This document shows positions 10,334 to 20,975 of a DNA stretch of 64,000 nt, piece after piece. Numbering within the stretch: position 1 is the stretch's first letter; the number at the start of each line of letters is the position of its first letter. The stretch is taken from UHGV virus genome UHGV-0236300. The stretch is one strand, 5' to 3'. The position numbers were made by a program, and so were the translations under genes. The notes under the pieces are model-generated. The model worked only from the letters and a program-made list of their open reading frames with translations. It did no database searches and was not told the DNA's origin. This DNA comes from a virus.

Positions 10334-11377
10334 ATGACTAAACCAGTTATCCCTCTCGATATTTGGGCCAATCAGGATGTTGTGCTTGAAAATACAGGAG
10401 AGTTGAACAAGTCTCAACCGAACAAAGAAGAGAGATTGAAAGGTTGGGATATGACACAAAGGATAGCATGTGAAGTTGTTAACTTTGAACTCCACATGCT
10501 CTCTGCGTGGCTAAAGCATTTAACAGAAGATGTTGTCCCTGGATGGGATAATAGATTCTTAAGGGTCACTAATAATCTGGCAGACGTTCCAGACAAAGCT
10601 GCTGCACGTAAAGTCCTCAATGTATACTCGCCTGAAGAAATGGATGACCTGTATGTTGACAAGACTGGGGACACAATGACCCAGACTCAAACTTTGGGTC
10701 TTCAAAGAATCGAGTTTGCATCCGCGTCAACAGACAATGCAGCGATATACACCACCATAACTCCAGACAAAACGATGATGGATTTCTGGATTATGGACAA
10801 CATCGGCGGCGCTGACGGCACAGACCTTGATGATCCTTCTCACCAAATAGACGGTTTCCGTTGGAGATTTCAACCTTCTGGTGGGCAGCCTGTGTTTTCG
10901 GCTATGAAGCTTAATGCTATAACTGCCAACCGTGCAAGACTGGCTATCCAAGGGAATCTTGAATGCAATGATGCAAAAAGCTCCTCTGCAAATGCTAATG
11001 CGGTAACGATACCAAGAGCCACTGTTAATGGACAACAATCCTGCGGCAGCGCTCAAATAGGTGGAAGAGTGGATTGTAACGATAACACCGCCAGGGGTCA
11101 ATATGCAACAGTTGGTGGGAGAAACGTGGTCCGCAGGGTAAATGGTAGTAGCGCAGATAGCAGTGGTAACCTTACTATTCCTATGCCTAGTAGGGGTGTT
11201 GAAGATGTAAGGATAGCAAACCGTTTCAGAACCACCTACAGAGAATCAAGAGTATACCCTGGGCATGTAATGTGCTCCGGCAATTACGCCTATAAACACC
11301 CGTATCAAGGCGACTATTGGACTGGTGCCATTCAAAAATTTGTAAACGGTCAATGGATCACTATATCTTATGCTTAA
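10334..11377 (+). CDS. tail fiber protein (paralog B)
   Basis: ATG 6 nt after AGGAG (in-frame GTG at 10331 is too close to RBS); paralog of 8278-9318. Confidence 0.65.
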   Translation: MTKPVIPLDIWANQDVVLENTGELNKSQPNKEERLKGWDMTQRIACEVVNFELHMLSAWLKHLTEDVVPGWDNRFLRVTNNLADVPDKAAARKVLNVYSPEEMDDLYVDKTGDTMTQTQTLGLQRIEFASASTDNAAIYTTITPDKTMMDFWIMDNIGGADGTDLDDPSHQIDGFRWRFQPSGGQPVFSAMKLNAITANRARLAIQGNLECNDAKSSSANANAVTIPRATVNGQQSCGSAQIGGRVDCNDNTARGQYATVGGRNVVRRVNGSSADSSGNLTIPMPSRGVEDVRIANRFRTTYRESRVYPGHVMCSGNYAYKHPYQGDYWTGAIQKFVNGQWITISYA

Positions 11378-11386
11378 AGAGGGTAA

Positions 11387-11653
11387 ATGAAATTAACTCA
11401 GTTTTTATGGGGGTTGGTTGCGGCATCGGATGACCCTACGAAAGTGTCCCAATCTAAGCTATGGTCAAACATAGGCATGGCAGTGATGACTGGGGTGTTT
11501 ATTCATATGGGGTACAATGATACGCTTCCTGAATGGTATGCGTGGATATACGCACCTTCAGTAGCCTGCCCCCAGCTTATTAGCAAATTCATCTCGCTCC
11601 GGTGGGGTTGCCAGCACCCTGACCACGTTAAAAACGAAGAGCAAAAAGCTTAA
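11387..11653 (+). CDS. hypothetical protein
   Basis: RBS AGAGGG; co-directional packing between fiber genes. Confidence 0.5.
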   Translation: MKLTQFLWGLVAASDDPTKVSQSKLWSNIGMAVMTGVFIHMGYNDTLPEWYAWIYAPSVACPQLISKFISLRWGCQHPDHVKNEEQKA

Positions 11654-11662
11654 GGAGAAATC

Positions 11663-13408
11663 ATGGCGCAAGACATGACAAGCTTCGAGCAGGCGGTAGA
11701 TCAAGTAATTGTTGATTCTGAACGTTTGCACTTGGTTGTCAACGGTAACGCTGTGGATGAAGTTGTCGTAGAGGATGGGACCACTATCCCTACGGTACGA
11801 AAAGCCATGCTTGACAACCTTTATTTTAAAACGCCACCGATCCCTTGGGCGTATGGTGCATCCACAACAGTTTTTAACCAGCTGTATGAGTTTAAAGGAG
11901 ATACAGGCCCTCAGTGGTGGTACGCTCCAGCAGCGTCAAAATCTAACCCGGTTAGGATGCCAGCAGATCCTTCACAATCTCCGAACTGGAGATTATACAC
12001 CGACTCTGCAGTAATGGCAAAATACTACGCAAAACTTAACAGCCCAAGGTTCGAAGGTGACCCGAGAGTACCTACACCTCCAATGGATGATAAGTCCGAG
12101 TCTATAGCAAACACAGAGTTTGTTGTTGACTATGTGGATAGCATATTTAAAGCCATAGAGGGGATGAAAGTTACTGTAGGATCTTTGGTGGTAAAAGGTC
12201 TTACAGAACTTGCTAACACTATAGTTGGGGGTACCCTTACCTTACACGGACCTGTTAATGGAGCAGATTCTACTGCACGCTTCAGGAACCTAATCCTTAC
12301 GGCAAATACTTCTACACTGACTTTTGCGTGGAGCGATCCTAAGCATGCAGACTGGAGGAGCACAGAGCTGCAACCTCATGAAGTATCAACTCACAGAGTT
12401 ATAGCTGACACTATAACTTCTGGGAAACCAGTGGCTAATAACAACGATGTGCATTTTGATGGTCTAGGTAATAACTTTTTTGACTACGTGTACATTCGCG
12501 GTAATGCCATGAAGGCAGCCACCGAACCGACATTGCAGGTTGATGGGACCACTAGGGTTAAGAACCTTGAGGTGACAGGCACCGTTACAGGGATAACCTA
12601 CTCTGTAGATGGCACCATGATCTACCCTAGCTATATTGAAAGCACGGGAGATGCACTGATCAATGGAGATTTAGAGGTTGGAGGATCTATAGTCATTCGT
12701 GGCACAGCATCTGTCCAGAACATATCTTTAAATACTCTGAGGGTGAATGAGCGTGCCACTTTTGAAGGAGAAGGACTTACAGCCAACAAAGGTGTAATTA
12801 CCGAGCTGACAACCACCACTTTAACTGCAACAACTGCAAACTCTGAAAACTGCAACGTTACCAGAAACTTGCAGGTAAATGGAGATGTTAGTTTAAACGC
12901 AGCAGGGACTGGCACCACCCACCTTCACAACCTTGAAATATCAGGTACAGTGACTGGGTGGCTGCCAGACTTCTCTAATGTCAACTTTGTCTGTAATGGC
13001 ATTAACTCTAGTGGCAAGATAACCACCTCTCAAGAAATTGAAGCTGGTAAAACTATTACTGCCCCTGCTTTCCATGCAGGGAAGGTGGAGTTTGACTTAG
13101 AGGAGGCTGACGCATCTAGTGGGACATGGACACCTAACGGGCAGGCCAATATGTATGTTGTCCACGCGAAAGGGGATTTTACAATAGGGCAATGGCCTGG
13201 AACATCGGCTGAAGATAAACCTTACCCGTTCACTGCAATCATCTATGTCATTCAGGATGCTGTAGGCCACAACGTGACTTTACACGATAAATATGCCATA
13301 CTGTCGGCTACTCCTGTTATTAACAACAAAGCCAACAGTGTCACCTTGCTACAATTGACATATTGTGGTGTTGGTGATATTGTGGATGTGGTTATTGCAC
13401 AACGTTAA
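11663..13408 (+). CDS. tail fiber / virion structural protein
   Basis: RBS AAGGAG; Thr/Gly/Asn-rich beta-type composition typical of fibers; terminator follows. Confidence 0.6.
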   Translation: MAQDMTSFEQAVDQVIVDSERLHLVVNGNAVDEVVVEDGTTIPTVRKAMLDNLYFKTPPIPWAYGASTTVFNQLYEFKGDTGPQWWYAPAASKSNPVRMPADPSQSPNWRLYTDSAVMAKYYAKLNSPRFEGDPRVPTPPMDDKSESIANTEFVVDYVDSIFKAIEGMKVTVGSLVVKGLTELANTIVGGTLTLHGPVNGADSTARFRNLILTANTSTLTFAWSDPKHADWRSTELQPHEVSTHRVIADTITSGKPVANNNDVHFDGLGNNFFDYVYIRGNAMKAATEPTLQVDGTTRVKNLEVTGTVTGITYSVDGTMIYPSYIESTGDALINGDLEVGGSIVIRGTASVQNISLNTLRVNERATFEGEGLTANKGVITELTTTTLTATTANSENCNVTRNLQVNGDVSLNAAGTGTTHLHNLEISGTVTGWLPDFSNVNFVCNGINSSGKITTSQEIEAGKTITAPAFHAGKVEFDLEEADASSGTWTPNGQANMYVVHAKGDFTIGQWPGTSAEDKPYPFTAIIYVIQDAVGHNVTLHDKYAILSATPVINNKANSVTLLQLTYCGVGDIVDVVIAQR

Positions 13409-13413
13409 TATAT

Positions 13414-13445
13414 CTGACCGCTCCTGACGGGGCGGTTTTCTTATC
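13414..13445 (+). terminator. rho-independent terminator
   Basis: ACCGCTCC-TGAC-GGGGCGGT hairpin followed by TTTTCTT. Confidence 0.7.
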
Positions 13446-13456
13446 TGGAGAACACA

Positions 13457-16400
13457 ATGCTTCCAATCCCTTTGCTAAAACTTGGTCGTCATTTCCTCGA
13501 TAAGAGGGGTGGAGTTAAGGAACTTGCTGTTCTGTCATACCCAATAGACAACAGTGACGGTACAAGCACTACAGTAGCTTATGTAAATAGCTTAGCTATA
13601 CTTTTTGACGATGGTCAGCTTAATATTACTGGCTATAACAAGTTCGGGGAGTGTCGCACTGGGGATCGTAACCCTATAAACTACCCGAGCGAGACGGCCT
13701 GGAATGTTGATCATGTGTGGAGAGCAGACCGTGCGTTTGTGATCCGGACTTTTGATAACCAGTTTTTCTACATCGGCTGCACTGCAGGTCTTATCGGATC
13801 CACTGCGGCAGGTGGTAACGATGTTTGCGTAAACGAGTGGACACCTCTTCCGGAACAGATTGTTCAAGGATTGCACCTTGACACCCACCCAGAGCGCCTT
13901 ATCGAGGTAATGGGCGGTATTAACAACACTGTTTGGGTTATGGCAGAGGCTGAGGGTGACGGCATTTTACACCTGTACGGGTCTGGTAACAACACCTACG
14001 GATCTTTACATGTAGATAAGAACCAGCATGCAACCCCTGTAAAGATTGGTGAAACATCGGAAAATCCTGAAACAGGCCCTTGGAAAAACCCAAGTATCAA
14101 CTGCGAGGTGCATGACAACTCTGTTATTTTCGGTGGGCCCAGAGGTTTTTGGATTGCTGGATACGACTTTCTGAGAAACAACAGTAGAAACGACCTTGTT
14201 TGGCCCCCTGCTCAGATTACTCGCAACGATTTGAAAGGCATTCCTGCAGATGAGGAGTGGAAAGGATTCATGTGTGGTCCGAACGGGGCGATAATTGCAA
14301 CGCAGAGGATGCACAAGCCTAATGATCAGCAGCTTGTTAACGTATTCTACGGGCAAGATGTCTGGGGAGATGATACATGGCGTTCCTTAAATATTACCTA
14401 CACCCATGAAGTAATAATGGCTCGTGGGTACGGAACAAGTGGCATTTTCTTCAATAATGGCACTAAGCAGTATCGCGGATTCTCTCGCAACTTATGTAAT
14501 GATATTGGCGCACAATCTGCAAACAATAACCCTAGGGCCAATTTTATCCACTATCAAGCTCTTGCCACAGCCAAATACGTTGAGCAACGCCTCCCAGTTA
14601 GCTGGACAGAGAGTGTTTATTTCCAGGGCATTCACAGAGAAGGTTTTTTAGGTACCTTTACTGTTGTTAATGGTAAACTTTGGTGGTCAGGCATCCCAAG
14701 GGGAAGTTTTGCAGGCTCTAACAACCTGTTTGGCGGCAGACTTAATAGTCAGGGGTTCACAGAGGTTCCTGAGAATTGGTATAAAAATGTCCCAGTAGAC
14801 AGTTGGGGTGTTGATGATATTTTTGACGTTAACGGTGTTAGCAGTGTTAGCAATATTTACATTGGTGACACGGTCAAGATGAAATTGAAGCCTCAGCCAG
14901 AGGGGGCTACGTTCATTATTGACAAGATTGAACTGGTAAATGCTGCGGGTACGGTTGTTACAGATGCAAATTACCAATTCTCCACCAACTGGAACCACGG
15001 CGGGGCCAACGAAGTTGTTGTTACTCAGTATAACAGGAATGTTAACAGACGTGGCCTGTACTCTGTAAAAATAACCTATCATGACAAACATGGCACAGGA
15101 AGAACTCACACGACAAGGACTTTGAACTGGAACACCATAGTTCCTGCGTATCCTTCTGACGGTAAGTGGCATACCGTTGGTAGAAACAAGCAGTTCCATG
15201 TTAACGATACTGTATACTTCGGGCTGAATGGGACTCAGCCTGCGGTAGAAGGAGATACATCGTATATGGTCCGACTCCACAGAATGGATGCTGGATCAGT
15301 CACCTATGATGTTACCCAAGAGATTTATGATCAGAGACGAAATACCTACAACAACTTAGTGCAGACACAGGCCGTATGGGAGTTCAACCCTAACGGCAGA
15401 GGCGGTAAAATGTTGCAGGTTAACGAGCAAAACGGAACGTCGTTGACTGTCCACGAACACCCAGACCCTTGGCCTGATCCTGGAAAACCTCACCCAGGTG
15501 CTCGTACACTGAAAATTGTCAGCCATGATGCAGGATATTTCGGAATACGCTGGGAAGCCACAGTAAGATATGCCGACGGGACAACAAACAACATAGGGAT
15601 TACACTTGGAGGCACCAGTGAAGATAGCTCTCTGAAAATTGCCTACACCCCTAGGGGCATCTCTATTGATAATATGGATGTTGTTCGCAATGGTTACGGC
15701 GATGTGAATGTCAAAGTTACTCTTGGCGAACATCTTGGTGGGGAAAGGATCATCATGTATGCCTTTGATCATGACCCGCGAACCAATGGAACTTATGCAA
15801 ATCAGGCATGGAGTTACCTGATAAATGCACCTGAGCCGAATACTAAAGAATTCTACTACGGTATGAAGCGAGATGTATGCAAGAAAACAGGAACACATGA
15901 CTGGATTGCTATCTGCGTTAAAGATGAGCGCACAGCTTGGGATGAGCCTGTTAATAGATGGTTCATAGGTATTCCTACCAGAAGCGATAAGTATATCGCA
16001 GAATACATTGTGTGCATGGGCGGTACCAACCTAAATATGTGTTGGAACGAAGATGCAAACAAATACTCTGATTATGACTATATGAGAGATTACTCTTGTA
16101 ATCAGTGGTTTAACCAATCGACAGGGTACCCTCCACGTCAGGCGAGAGTAAATCCTGCAATCTTTACAGATACGCAGGTTTTCTTGACAAAACAGGCTAA
16201 CGAGGTTCAGACCTTCAAGAACAAATACGACCCTAACAAGTGGTTTTATAACTGTTATGGCGCATTTTTCTGGGGTCCTGGCGAACTGCCTAATGGAGGA
16301 TCTTGCTTTGAGGCTGCAACTTACGCCAGTGACAGGTTCATGGGGCAGGTTAAGAAGTACAAGATAATCCCAGGGCCTGAAACTTTAGGCAACGCTGTTG

Positions 16401-19093
16401 ACCCATATATCATCATGACAGCACTGAGATCGAACATGGACGGAACATCCATATCTATGCAAGTTCCAGTAACAAACGGGTACAAACGTGTTGTGATGAT
16501 CATTAAGTGCGACTTAATAGGTAAGCAAGTTCTTGCAGAAAACGGAACCTCAACACATCTATTCGAGACTGCTCTGCATTATCAGTTTGCTGATTCACCT
16601 TTTGCAGGGGATAAGAGAATATCTGATACAGACAATACTCGATGCAAGAAATTTATGCTTGGTGGTGGATGGTGGTGGTATGAATTTGATTTAACAGACA
16701 AATTCACTGACACGTCTAAAGTGGTGACAGGGCTTCGTCTAGATCTTGGCGAAAACATGCACAAAAGTGTTTGTGATGGCACCTACGGTGACCCAACAAT
16801 CTACTTAAAGTATGTCTCTTTTGAGCATCCGGAAGATGTTGTTTACGGTCCAAAACTGAGATTGTTTGGCAGTTGGATTGCAAAAGACAGGGTAGGCATG
16901 GGTAAAAAGGTAAGAGGGTTCTTGGTTGATGCAGGAACAGAAGACATGCTGGTTAATGCAGTGTGGCCTGAATTACCTGGGACTCAGTGGGATAACTCAG
17001 CCAAGTCCATAAACTGGTTCAACATTCACAGAGCTATGTGGACAACTAACTGCTACCTGTGGAAAGAGTTGAATGACGGCGCTTTCGGGTTTACAGGTGG
17101 CAGAAGAATGGCAATCATTTGCTGGACAACGCTGCAAAGATGTTATGACCATGACTACGAGATTGGGGGTAGGGCATGGAAAAATATTAGGGATAGAATC
17201 ATAACTAACTTCGCAGACCCTAATGGTGGTGGAGCGTATGGCTTCGACTGCAGCAGGCTCATCCATTTGAACGGGTCCTCTGCATATAAGAAAGAGGGTT
17301 ACTCTGGATCTATGATTGAGTGGGGCCTGGTGAAAGATGCTCGCGTATTGATGGGTCAACAACTTGCTGCTGCAATAGGACCTAACGCAGTGCAGTCTGT
17401 TAAACCAGCGTGGTTCGATATCCCAATATGGTCATCTGGAACACCAGGAACTGCGGCAATCAACCCTACCACTGGGGATCTGGAAATCTCTTGGGAGGAC
17501 TTGAAGCAGGTTGGTGGCTGGGATAAGACAGGCTACCAGGTACAATGGTGGAGATCTGACGGATCGTTAGCGGCTGATGAGTTTGTTAAGGACAATTTCT
17601 ACACTATGTCCTCTGCAAAAGCACAGCAATTGTTTGGTCAGGCAACTCCGTCAACGATCACCATGTCCATGTGCTGTAAAGACAACAGGACTGGAGCCCT
17701 GGGACCAAGGGTTGCTAAAGTTTTCTCAGGTATTAAATGGAATCTCCCTGTTCAAAGTGTTTCATGGAAGCAAATAGGTGATAACAAGCTGCTGGTTACC
17801 CCTGCTTGTCAGTTCAACGCAACTCTTAACGTTGATCCTGCTGTTGCGGCAAACTCAGCTAAAGCTTCTGACTTCTCTGTGTCTAACACTGCTATGGCAG
17901 ATGTGAGGAAGATTGACACACTGAACGCCAGAATTACCTGTAAAAACACTTATGGCACATTCCAGATCATCAACAACTTCACAGATGCTGATTCTAAGGT
18001 AGTGAGGACAGCAAGCCAGACTATGCAGTTGGGCACTCTGGCATACTCTGCCCTGATCACTGAACAATCTCCTACTCTTCAGGGTGGGGGTGTTGGTAAG
18101 TTGATCACAACACCTGTGTGGAAGCCAAATGAGTGGGTTGTGTTTGATTTGACCGTAGACTTCTCCAGTGACAATAACTGGACATGGGTAAGGAATTGCT
18201 TGTCACAACTGATGGGTGGTCCAAGCTCCGTTAGTGATAGCCACGACTCCACTGACCCGAGTGTGTTCCAGGTAGGTAAAACTCACCCAGAGACTGGAGA
18301 AACGTTGCCTGACAGGAAGTATGCTTTGGTTTGCATCTCTTACGGAAAAGCAGATGTCACCTTCTCAGGGACACACGCTTATAACGGAACTTACAACTTC
18401 TCAAGGAAGTACAGTCTCAAGGCAGGTAACATTATAGATGAAGTTGGTGCGTTGTATAACCCAGGTAACGGCATAGGGATTGTGGGTGGTAAACTGCAGA
18501 TGCAGGAACCTTCTATTACCCCTTCCAATGTGTCTGGGATTAGAAAGACTTGGGAAAGCAGTAATACCAACATTGCAACAGTGGATGCTACCACAGGGCT
18601 GGTAACATTTAAAGCTCCTGGTAATGTCACTATAAAGTTTGTAGCTACTGATGATGCAGGTCGCAAAACGTCTTCAACATCTTTTACTGTCAAACAGATG
18701 ACACCACAGTGGAGAATGTGGATAGGTACAGCAACAAACGGGGCATACCCTAATCCGGCAGGGACTTCTGGTATGAAGACTTTTGCTACAAGCAAGCCGA
18801 TGGAGTACGGCAGCGGTCCTAAGGTAGGGCAGATGGTGTACTTTGGTGCATATATTCCTGAAATTATAGGGCTTCCGAGAAGTCAGCTTCAGTTGCTGTT
18901 TGGGGCTGGTGTTGACGATCTTGCCACTTTCGGGTATAGCGACAACATCGATGCTGCAAGGAGTTCAGGATGGGTAGGGTTCAGAATGGAGTCTGGAAAG
19001 GAAGGCAGGATTCTAGGGACAGCCTCTATAGGTGTTATGTTCCCTGGTGACCAGCAGTATCGTCTGGGAGCCTACGCGACTTTCTCTCTTTAA
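13457..19093 (+). CDS. giant virion structural protein (1878 aa) with C-terminal Ig-like (Big_2-like) domain
   Basis: Single uninterrupted ORF; C-terminal segment NIATVDATTGLVTFKAPGNVTIKFVATDDAGRKTSSTSFTV resembles bacterial Ig-like group 2 domains; last gene of late module. Confidence 0.7.
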   Translation: MLPIPLLKLGRHFLDKRGGVKELAVLSYPIDNSDGTSTTVAYVNSLAILFDDGQLNITGYNKFGECRTGDRNPINYPSETAWNVDHVWRADRAFVIRTFDNQFFYIGCTAGLIGSTAAGGNDVCVNEWTPLPEQIVQGLHLDTHPERLIEVMGGINNTVWVMAEAEGDGILHLYGSGNNTYGSLHVDKNQHATPVKIGETSENPETGPWKNPSINCEVHDNSVIFGGPRGFWIAGYDFLRNNSRNDLVWPPAQITRNDLKGIPADEEWKGFMCGPNGAIIATQRMHKPNDQQLVNVFYGQDVWGDDTWRSLNITYTHEVIMARGYGTSGIFFNNGTKQYRGFSRNLCNDIGAQSANNNPRANFIHYQALATAKYVEQRLPVSWTESVYFQGIHREGFLGTFTVVNGKLWWSGIPRGSFAGSNNLFGGRLNSQGFTEVPENWYKNVPVDSWGVDDIFDVNGVSSVSNIYIGDTVKMKLKPQPEGATFIIDKIELVNAAGTVVTDANYQFSTNWNHGGANEVVVTQYNRNVNRRGLYSVKITYHDKHGTGRTHTTRTLNWNTIVPAYPSDGKWHTVGRNKQFHVNDTVYFGLNGTQPAVEGDTSYMVRLHRMDAGSVTYDVTQEIYDQRRNTYNNLVQTQAVWEFNPNGRGGKMLQVNEQNGTSLTVHEHPDPWPDPGKPHPGARTLKIVSHDAGYFGIRWEATVRYADGTTNNIGITLGGTSEDSSLKIAYTPRGISIDNMDVVRNGYGDVNVKVTLGEHLGGERIIMYAFDHDPRTNGTYANQAWSYLINAPEPNTKEFYYGMKRDVCKKTGTHDWIAICVKDERTAWDEPVNRWFIGIPTRSDKYIAEYIVCMGGTNLNMCWNEDANKYSDYDYMRDYSCNQWFNQSTGYPPRQARVNPAIFTDTQVFLTKQANEVQTFKNKYDPNKWFYNCYGAFFWGPGELPNGGSCFEAATYASDRFMGQVKKYKIIPGPETLGNAVDPYIIMTALRSNMDGTSISMQVPVTNGYKRVVMIIKCDLIGKQVLAENGTSTHLFETALHYQFADSPFAGDKRISDTDNTRCKKFMLGGGWWWYEFDLTDKFTDTSKVVTGLRLDLGENMHKSVCDGTYGDPTIYLKYVSFEHPEDVVYGPKLRLFGSWIAKDRVGMGKKVRGFLVDAGTEDMLVNAVWPELPGTQWDNSAKSINWFNIHRAMWTTNCYLWKELNDGAFGFTGGRRMAIICWTTLQRCYDHDYEIGGRAWKNIRDRIITNFADPNGGGAYGFDCSRLIHLNGSSAYKKEGYSGSMIEWGLVKDARVLMGQQLAAAIGPNAVQSVKPAWFDIPIWSSGTPGTAAINPTTGDLEISWEDLKQVGGWDKTGYQVQWWRSDGSLAADEFVKDNFYTMSSAKAQQLFGQATPSTITMSMCCKDNRTGALGPRVAKVFSGIKWNLPVQSVSWKQIGDNKLLVTPACQFNATLNVDPAVAANSAKASDFSVSNTAMADVRKIDTLNARITCKNTYGTFQIINNFTDADSKVVRTASQTMQLGTLAYSALITEQSPTLQGGGVGKLITTPVWKPNEWVVFDLTVDFSSDNNWTWVRNCLSQLMGGPSSVSDSHDSTDPSVFQVGKTHPETGETLPDRKYALVCISYGKADVTFSGTHAYNGTYNFSRKYSLKAGNIIDEVGALYNPGNGIGIVGGKLQMQEPSITPSNVSGIRKTWESSNTNIATVDATTGLVTFKAPGNVTIKFVATDDAGRKTSSTSFTVKQMTPQWRMWIGTATNGAYPNPAGTSGMKTFATSKPMEYGSGPKVGQMVYFGAYIPEIIGLPRSQLQLLFGAGVDDLATFGYSDNIDAARSSGWVGFRMESGKEGRILGTASIGVMFPGDQQYRLGAYATFSL

Positions 19094-19104
19094 CAAGTAG
19101 TAGA

Positions 19105-19139
19105 TAAAAAAGGGGGGCCAAATGGCCCCTTTCTTTTTA
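19105..19139. terminator. bidirectional rho-independent terminator between convergent gene blocks
   Basis: A-run, GGGGCC-AAAT-GGCCCC hairpin, T-run; sits between + gene ending 19093 and - gene ending 19143. Confidence 0.8.
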
Positions 19140-19142
19140 TAG

Positions 19143-19343
19143 TTAGTAATACTCCCAACATGCCCCATCTTCAGACGGCTTGACGCGCTTACCTTTATGG
19201 TCAACATAGGTATAGCCACAACCTTCACAAATAACAGGTGCTGCATAGCCTTCCTTCCACTGATCCTCAGTGATCAGACCTTCCAAATCTTTGCAGTCAA
19301 AGCCAAACAACTCTTCAGAGCAATCTTTACAAAAATCAGCCAT
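19143..19343 (-). CDS. small zinc-ribbon protein
   Basis: CxxC...CxxC pattern (CKDC...CEGC). Confidence 0.5.
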   Translation of the reverse strand: MADFCKDCSEELFGFDCKDLEGLITEDQWKEGYAAPVICEGCGYTYVDHKGKRVKPSEDGACWEYY

Positions 19344-19346
19344 TTC

Positions 19347-19829
19347 TCAGTCCTCGCATTTAACAAATTTTTCTACAGATCCACCAAGCACAGCTTGTTG
19401 TTTGATGGCACTTTCTTCTTCATAGTGGATAGACTTATGTTCCGTACCTCCGAACTTACCTGTGTGGAAGGTGTGCACCCAAATCTCTTTGGGAAGGGAT
19501 TTATTCTCTTCTTCCACCAATTCCCACATACCCCACAAGTGATCTGTGATATCTTTGATGAAATACCCCTCGCCGAGGTTTGTATTCACACTATAGGCCG
19601 ATTCGTGATCTCCACAAATATAACGGAAGGCAGTGTACTCTTTCCCAGGTGTGAAGTGGGTATCCATCAGTATAGCTGTTAGAGAATTAGGGTCTCGAAA
19701 GCCCAAGAACTTTAGTTTAACAATTTCGACGTTCACACTTGCAAGATTATCCATGACAATCTCCTCTGCTTGGTTGATGAGATAATCATATATAAATCTG
19801 GTGTTGATGTCAAGCTTAATTTTAAGCAA
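19347..19829 (-). CDS. hypothetical protein
   Basis: 160-aa ORF in co-directional minus-strand array. Confidence 0.55.
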   Translation of the reverse strand: MLKIKLDINTRFIYDYLINQAEEIVMDNLASVNVEIVKLKFLGFRDPNSLTAILMDTHFTPGKEYTAFRYICGDHESAYSVNTNLGEGYFIKDITDHLWGMWELVEEENKSLPKEIWVHTFHTGKFGGTEHKSIHYEEESAIKQQAVLGGSVEKFVKCED

Positions 19830-19917
19830 TTTGAGAGGGTATTTTATTTAGAGAGGTAATCACACAGAGGTAGGCAGTTTATGAAGGCACAGGCCTCGTT
19901 TGAGGCCTTAAAACAGA

Positions 19918-20298
19918 TTATGACGATTTGACGTAGCGCTCTGACAAAGCTGGGAAGCCAAAAGCAGCACCTACACTACCGTACGCTATCCACCATTGAA
20001 GTTCATCGTGACACCATTTTCCGATCAGAAAGGTGCTGGGGTAGCGAGTCAGTATTTTGGCATAAGCTTTAGGGTCTGCATCCTCTGGGATAATGATGCT
20101 TGGAACATCTTTGTTATGACCACAGCAGCAGTTTAGAGTTTTCAATCCTGCCGCCCATAGACTCATGATAGGTTTAGCCATGCACTTATCAAGGCACACA
20201 CGTTTTTTGCCGTCACGGAGCTTTTTAGGCACATCAACGATAACATTTGGATGCTTGGCACCTTTCACTTTCCAATTATAAGATTTACACTTGCACAT
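19918..20298 (-). CDS. hypothetical Cys-rich protein
   Basis: 126-aa ORF, multiple Cys/His (CKCK, CLDKC, CCCGH). Confidence 0.5.
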   Translation of the reverse strand: MCKCKSYNWKVKGAKHPNVIVDVPKKLRDGKKRVCLDKCMAKPIMSLWAAGLKTLNCCCGHNKDVPSIIIPEDADPKAYAKILTRYPSTFLIGKWCHDELQWWIAYGSVGAAFGFPALSERYVKSS

Positions 20299-20328
20299 TT
20301 AGTCAGTCTCCATCTAGAAAGCCATACT

Positions 20329-20499
20329 TTACTTAAAGTCTTTGTCACCTATTACGATTTCACGAATCCACTCATTGTGATGCTCAATGGATGTAAGGTG
20401 TAACATAATGCAGTGATTGTCATTACCAAACACGGCTCGATAAGCCTTAGCAGCACCATGATATAACTTCCACATCACGTAATGGTATCTTCGTTTCAT
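20329..20499 (-). CDS. small hypothetical protein (56 aa)
   Basis: Not in ORF track (below 60 aa); ATG overlaps stop of upstream gene (ATGA), suggesting translational coupling. Confidence 0.4.
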   Translation of the reverse strand: MKRRYHYVMWKLYHGAAKAYRAVFGNDNHCIMLHLTSIEHHNEWIREIVIGDKDFK

Positions 20500-20975
20500 G
20501 GTTCTTTCTCCGGTTCAGGATCTGGGTAATCTTCAATAATAAAGGGCCATCCGTTACGCTTAGCGTCAGACTTATACTCAATCTCCTTCATTGCAAACTC
20601 TAACTGATTCTTAGCCGGAATGCAAGCTGGAGAATCATCAACCCAGATGTCTGGGTAGATATCAAACTGCGCCAGATAAGCGGCCTTCTGAACGCCTCCA
20701 GTATAAAACACTCCAACATCGAGCTCCTTGCGCCAGTATTCGATGTCCACGTTGTCTTGAGTGATGAATCGGAAAGTCACAAGATAGACTGTCCACCCCT
20801 CCTTCTTCAGGTCCTTAATAAGGCGGGAGAAGATGAAAGGGCTCGCATTAAACGTTCCATCAAAGTCAATAGCAATGATATGCGTGCCGTGACGAGTCTC
20901 ATATGGATTGCTCGTGGTGAGATTGCTGTAGTTAAAAGGTACTTCTTCTCCGCAGTAGCTGTAGTCCATATTCAC
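20496..20975 (-). CDS. HAD-superfamily phosphatase-like protein
   Basis: Motif IAIDFDGTF (DxDGT) and later DIWVDD. Confidence 0.5.
   Translation of the reverse strand: MNMDYSYCGEEVPFNYSNLTTSNPYETRHGTHIIAIDFDGTFNASPFIFSRLIKDLKKEGWTVYLVTFRFITQDNVDIEYWRKELDVGVFYTGGVQKAAYLAQFDIYPDIWVDDSPACIPAKNQLEFAMKEIEYKSDAKRNGWPFIIEDYPDPEPEKEP

Noticed and set aside
19891-19908. AGGCCTC-GTTT-GAGGCCT hairpin as a terminator
   Set aside because: No U-rich tract follows on either strand; more likely an RNA processing or stability element between two minus-strand genes.
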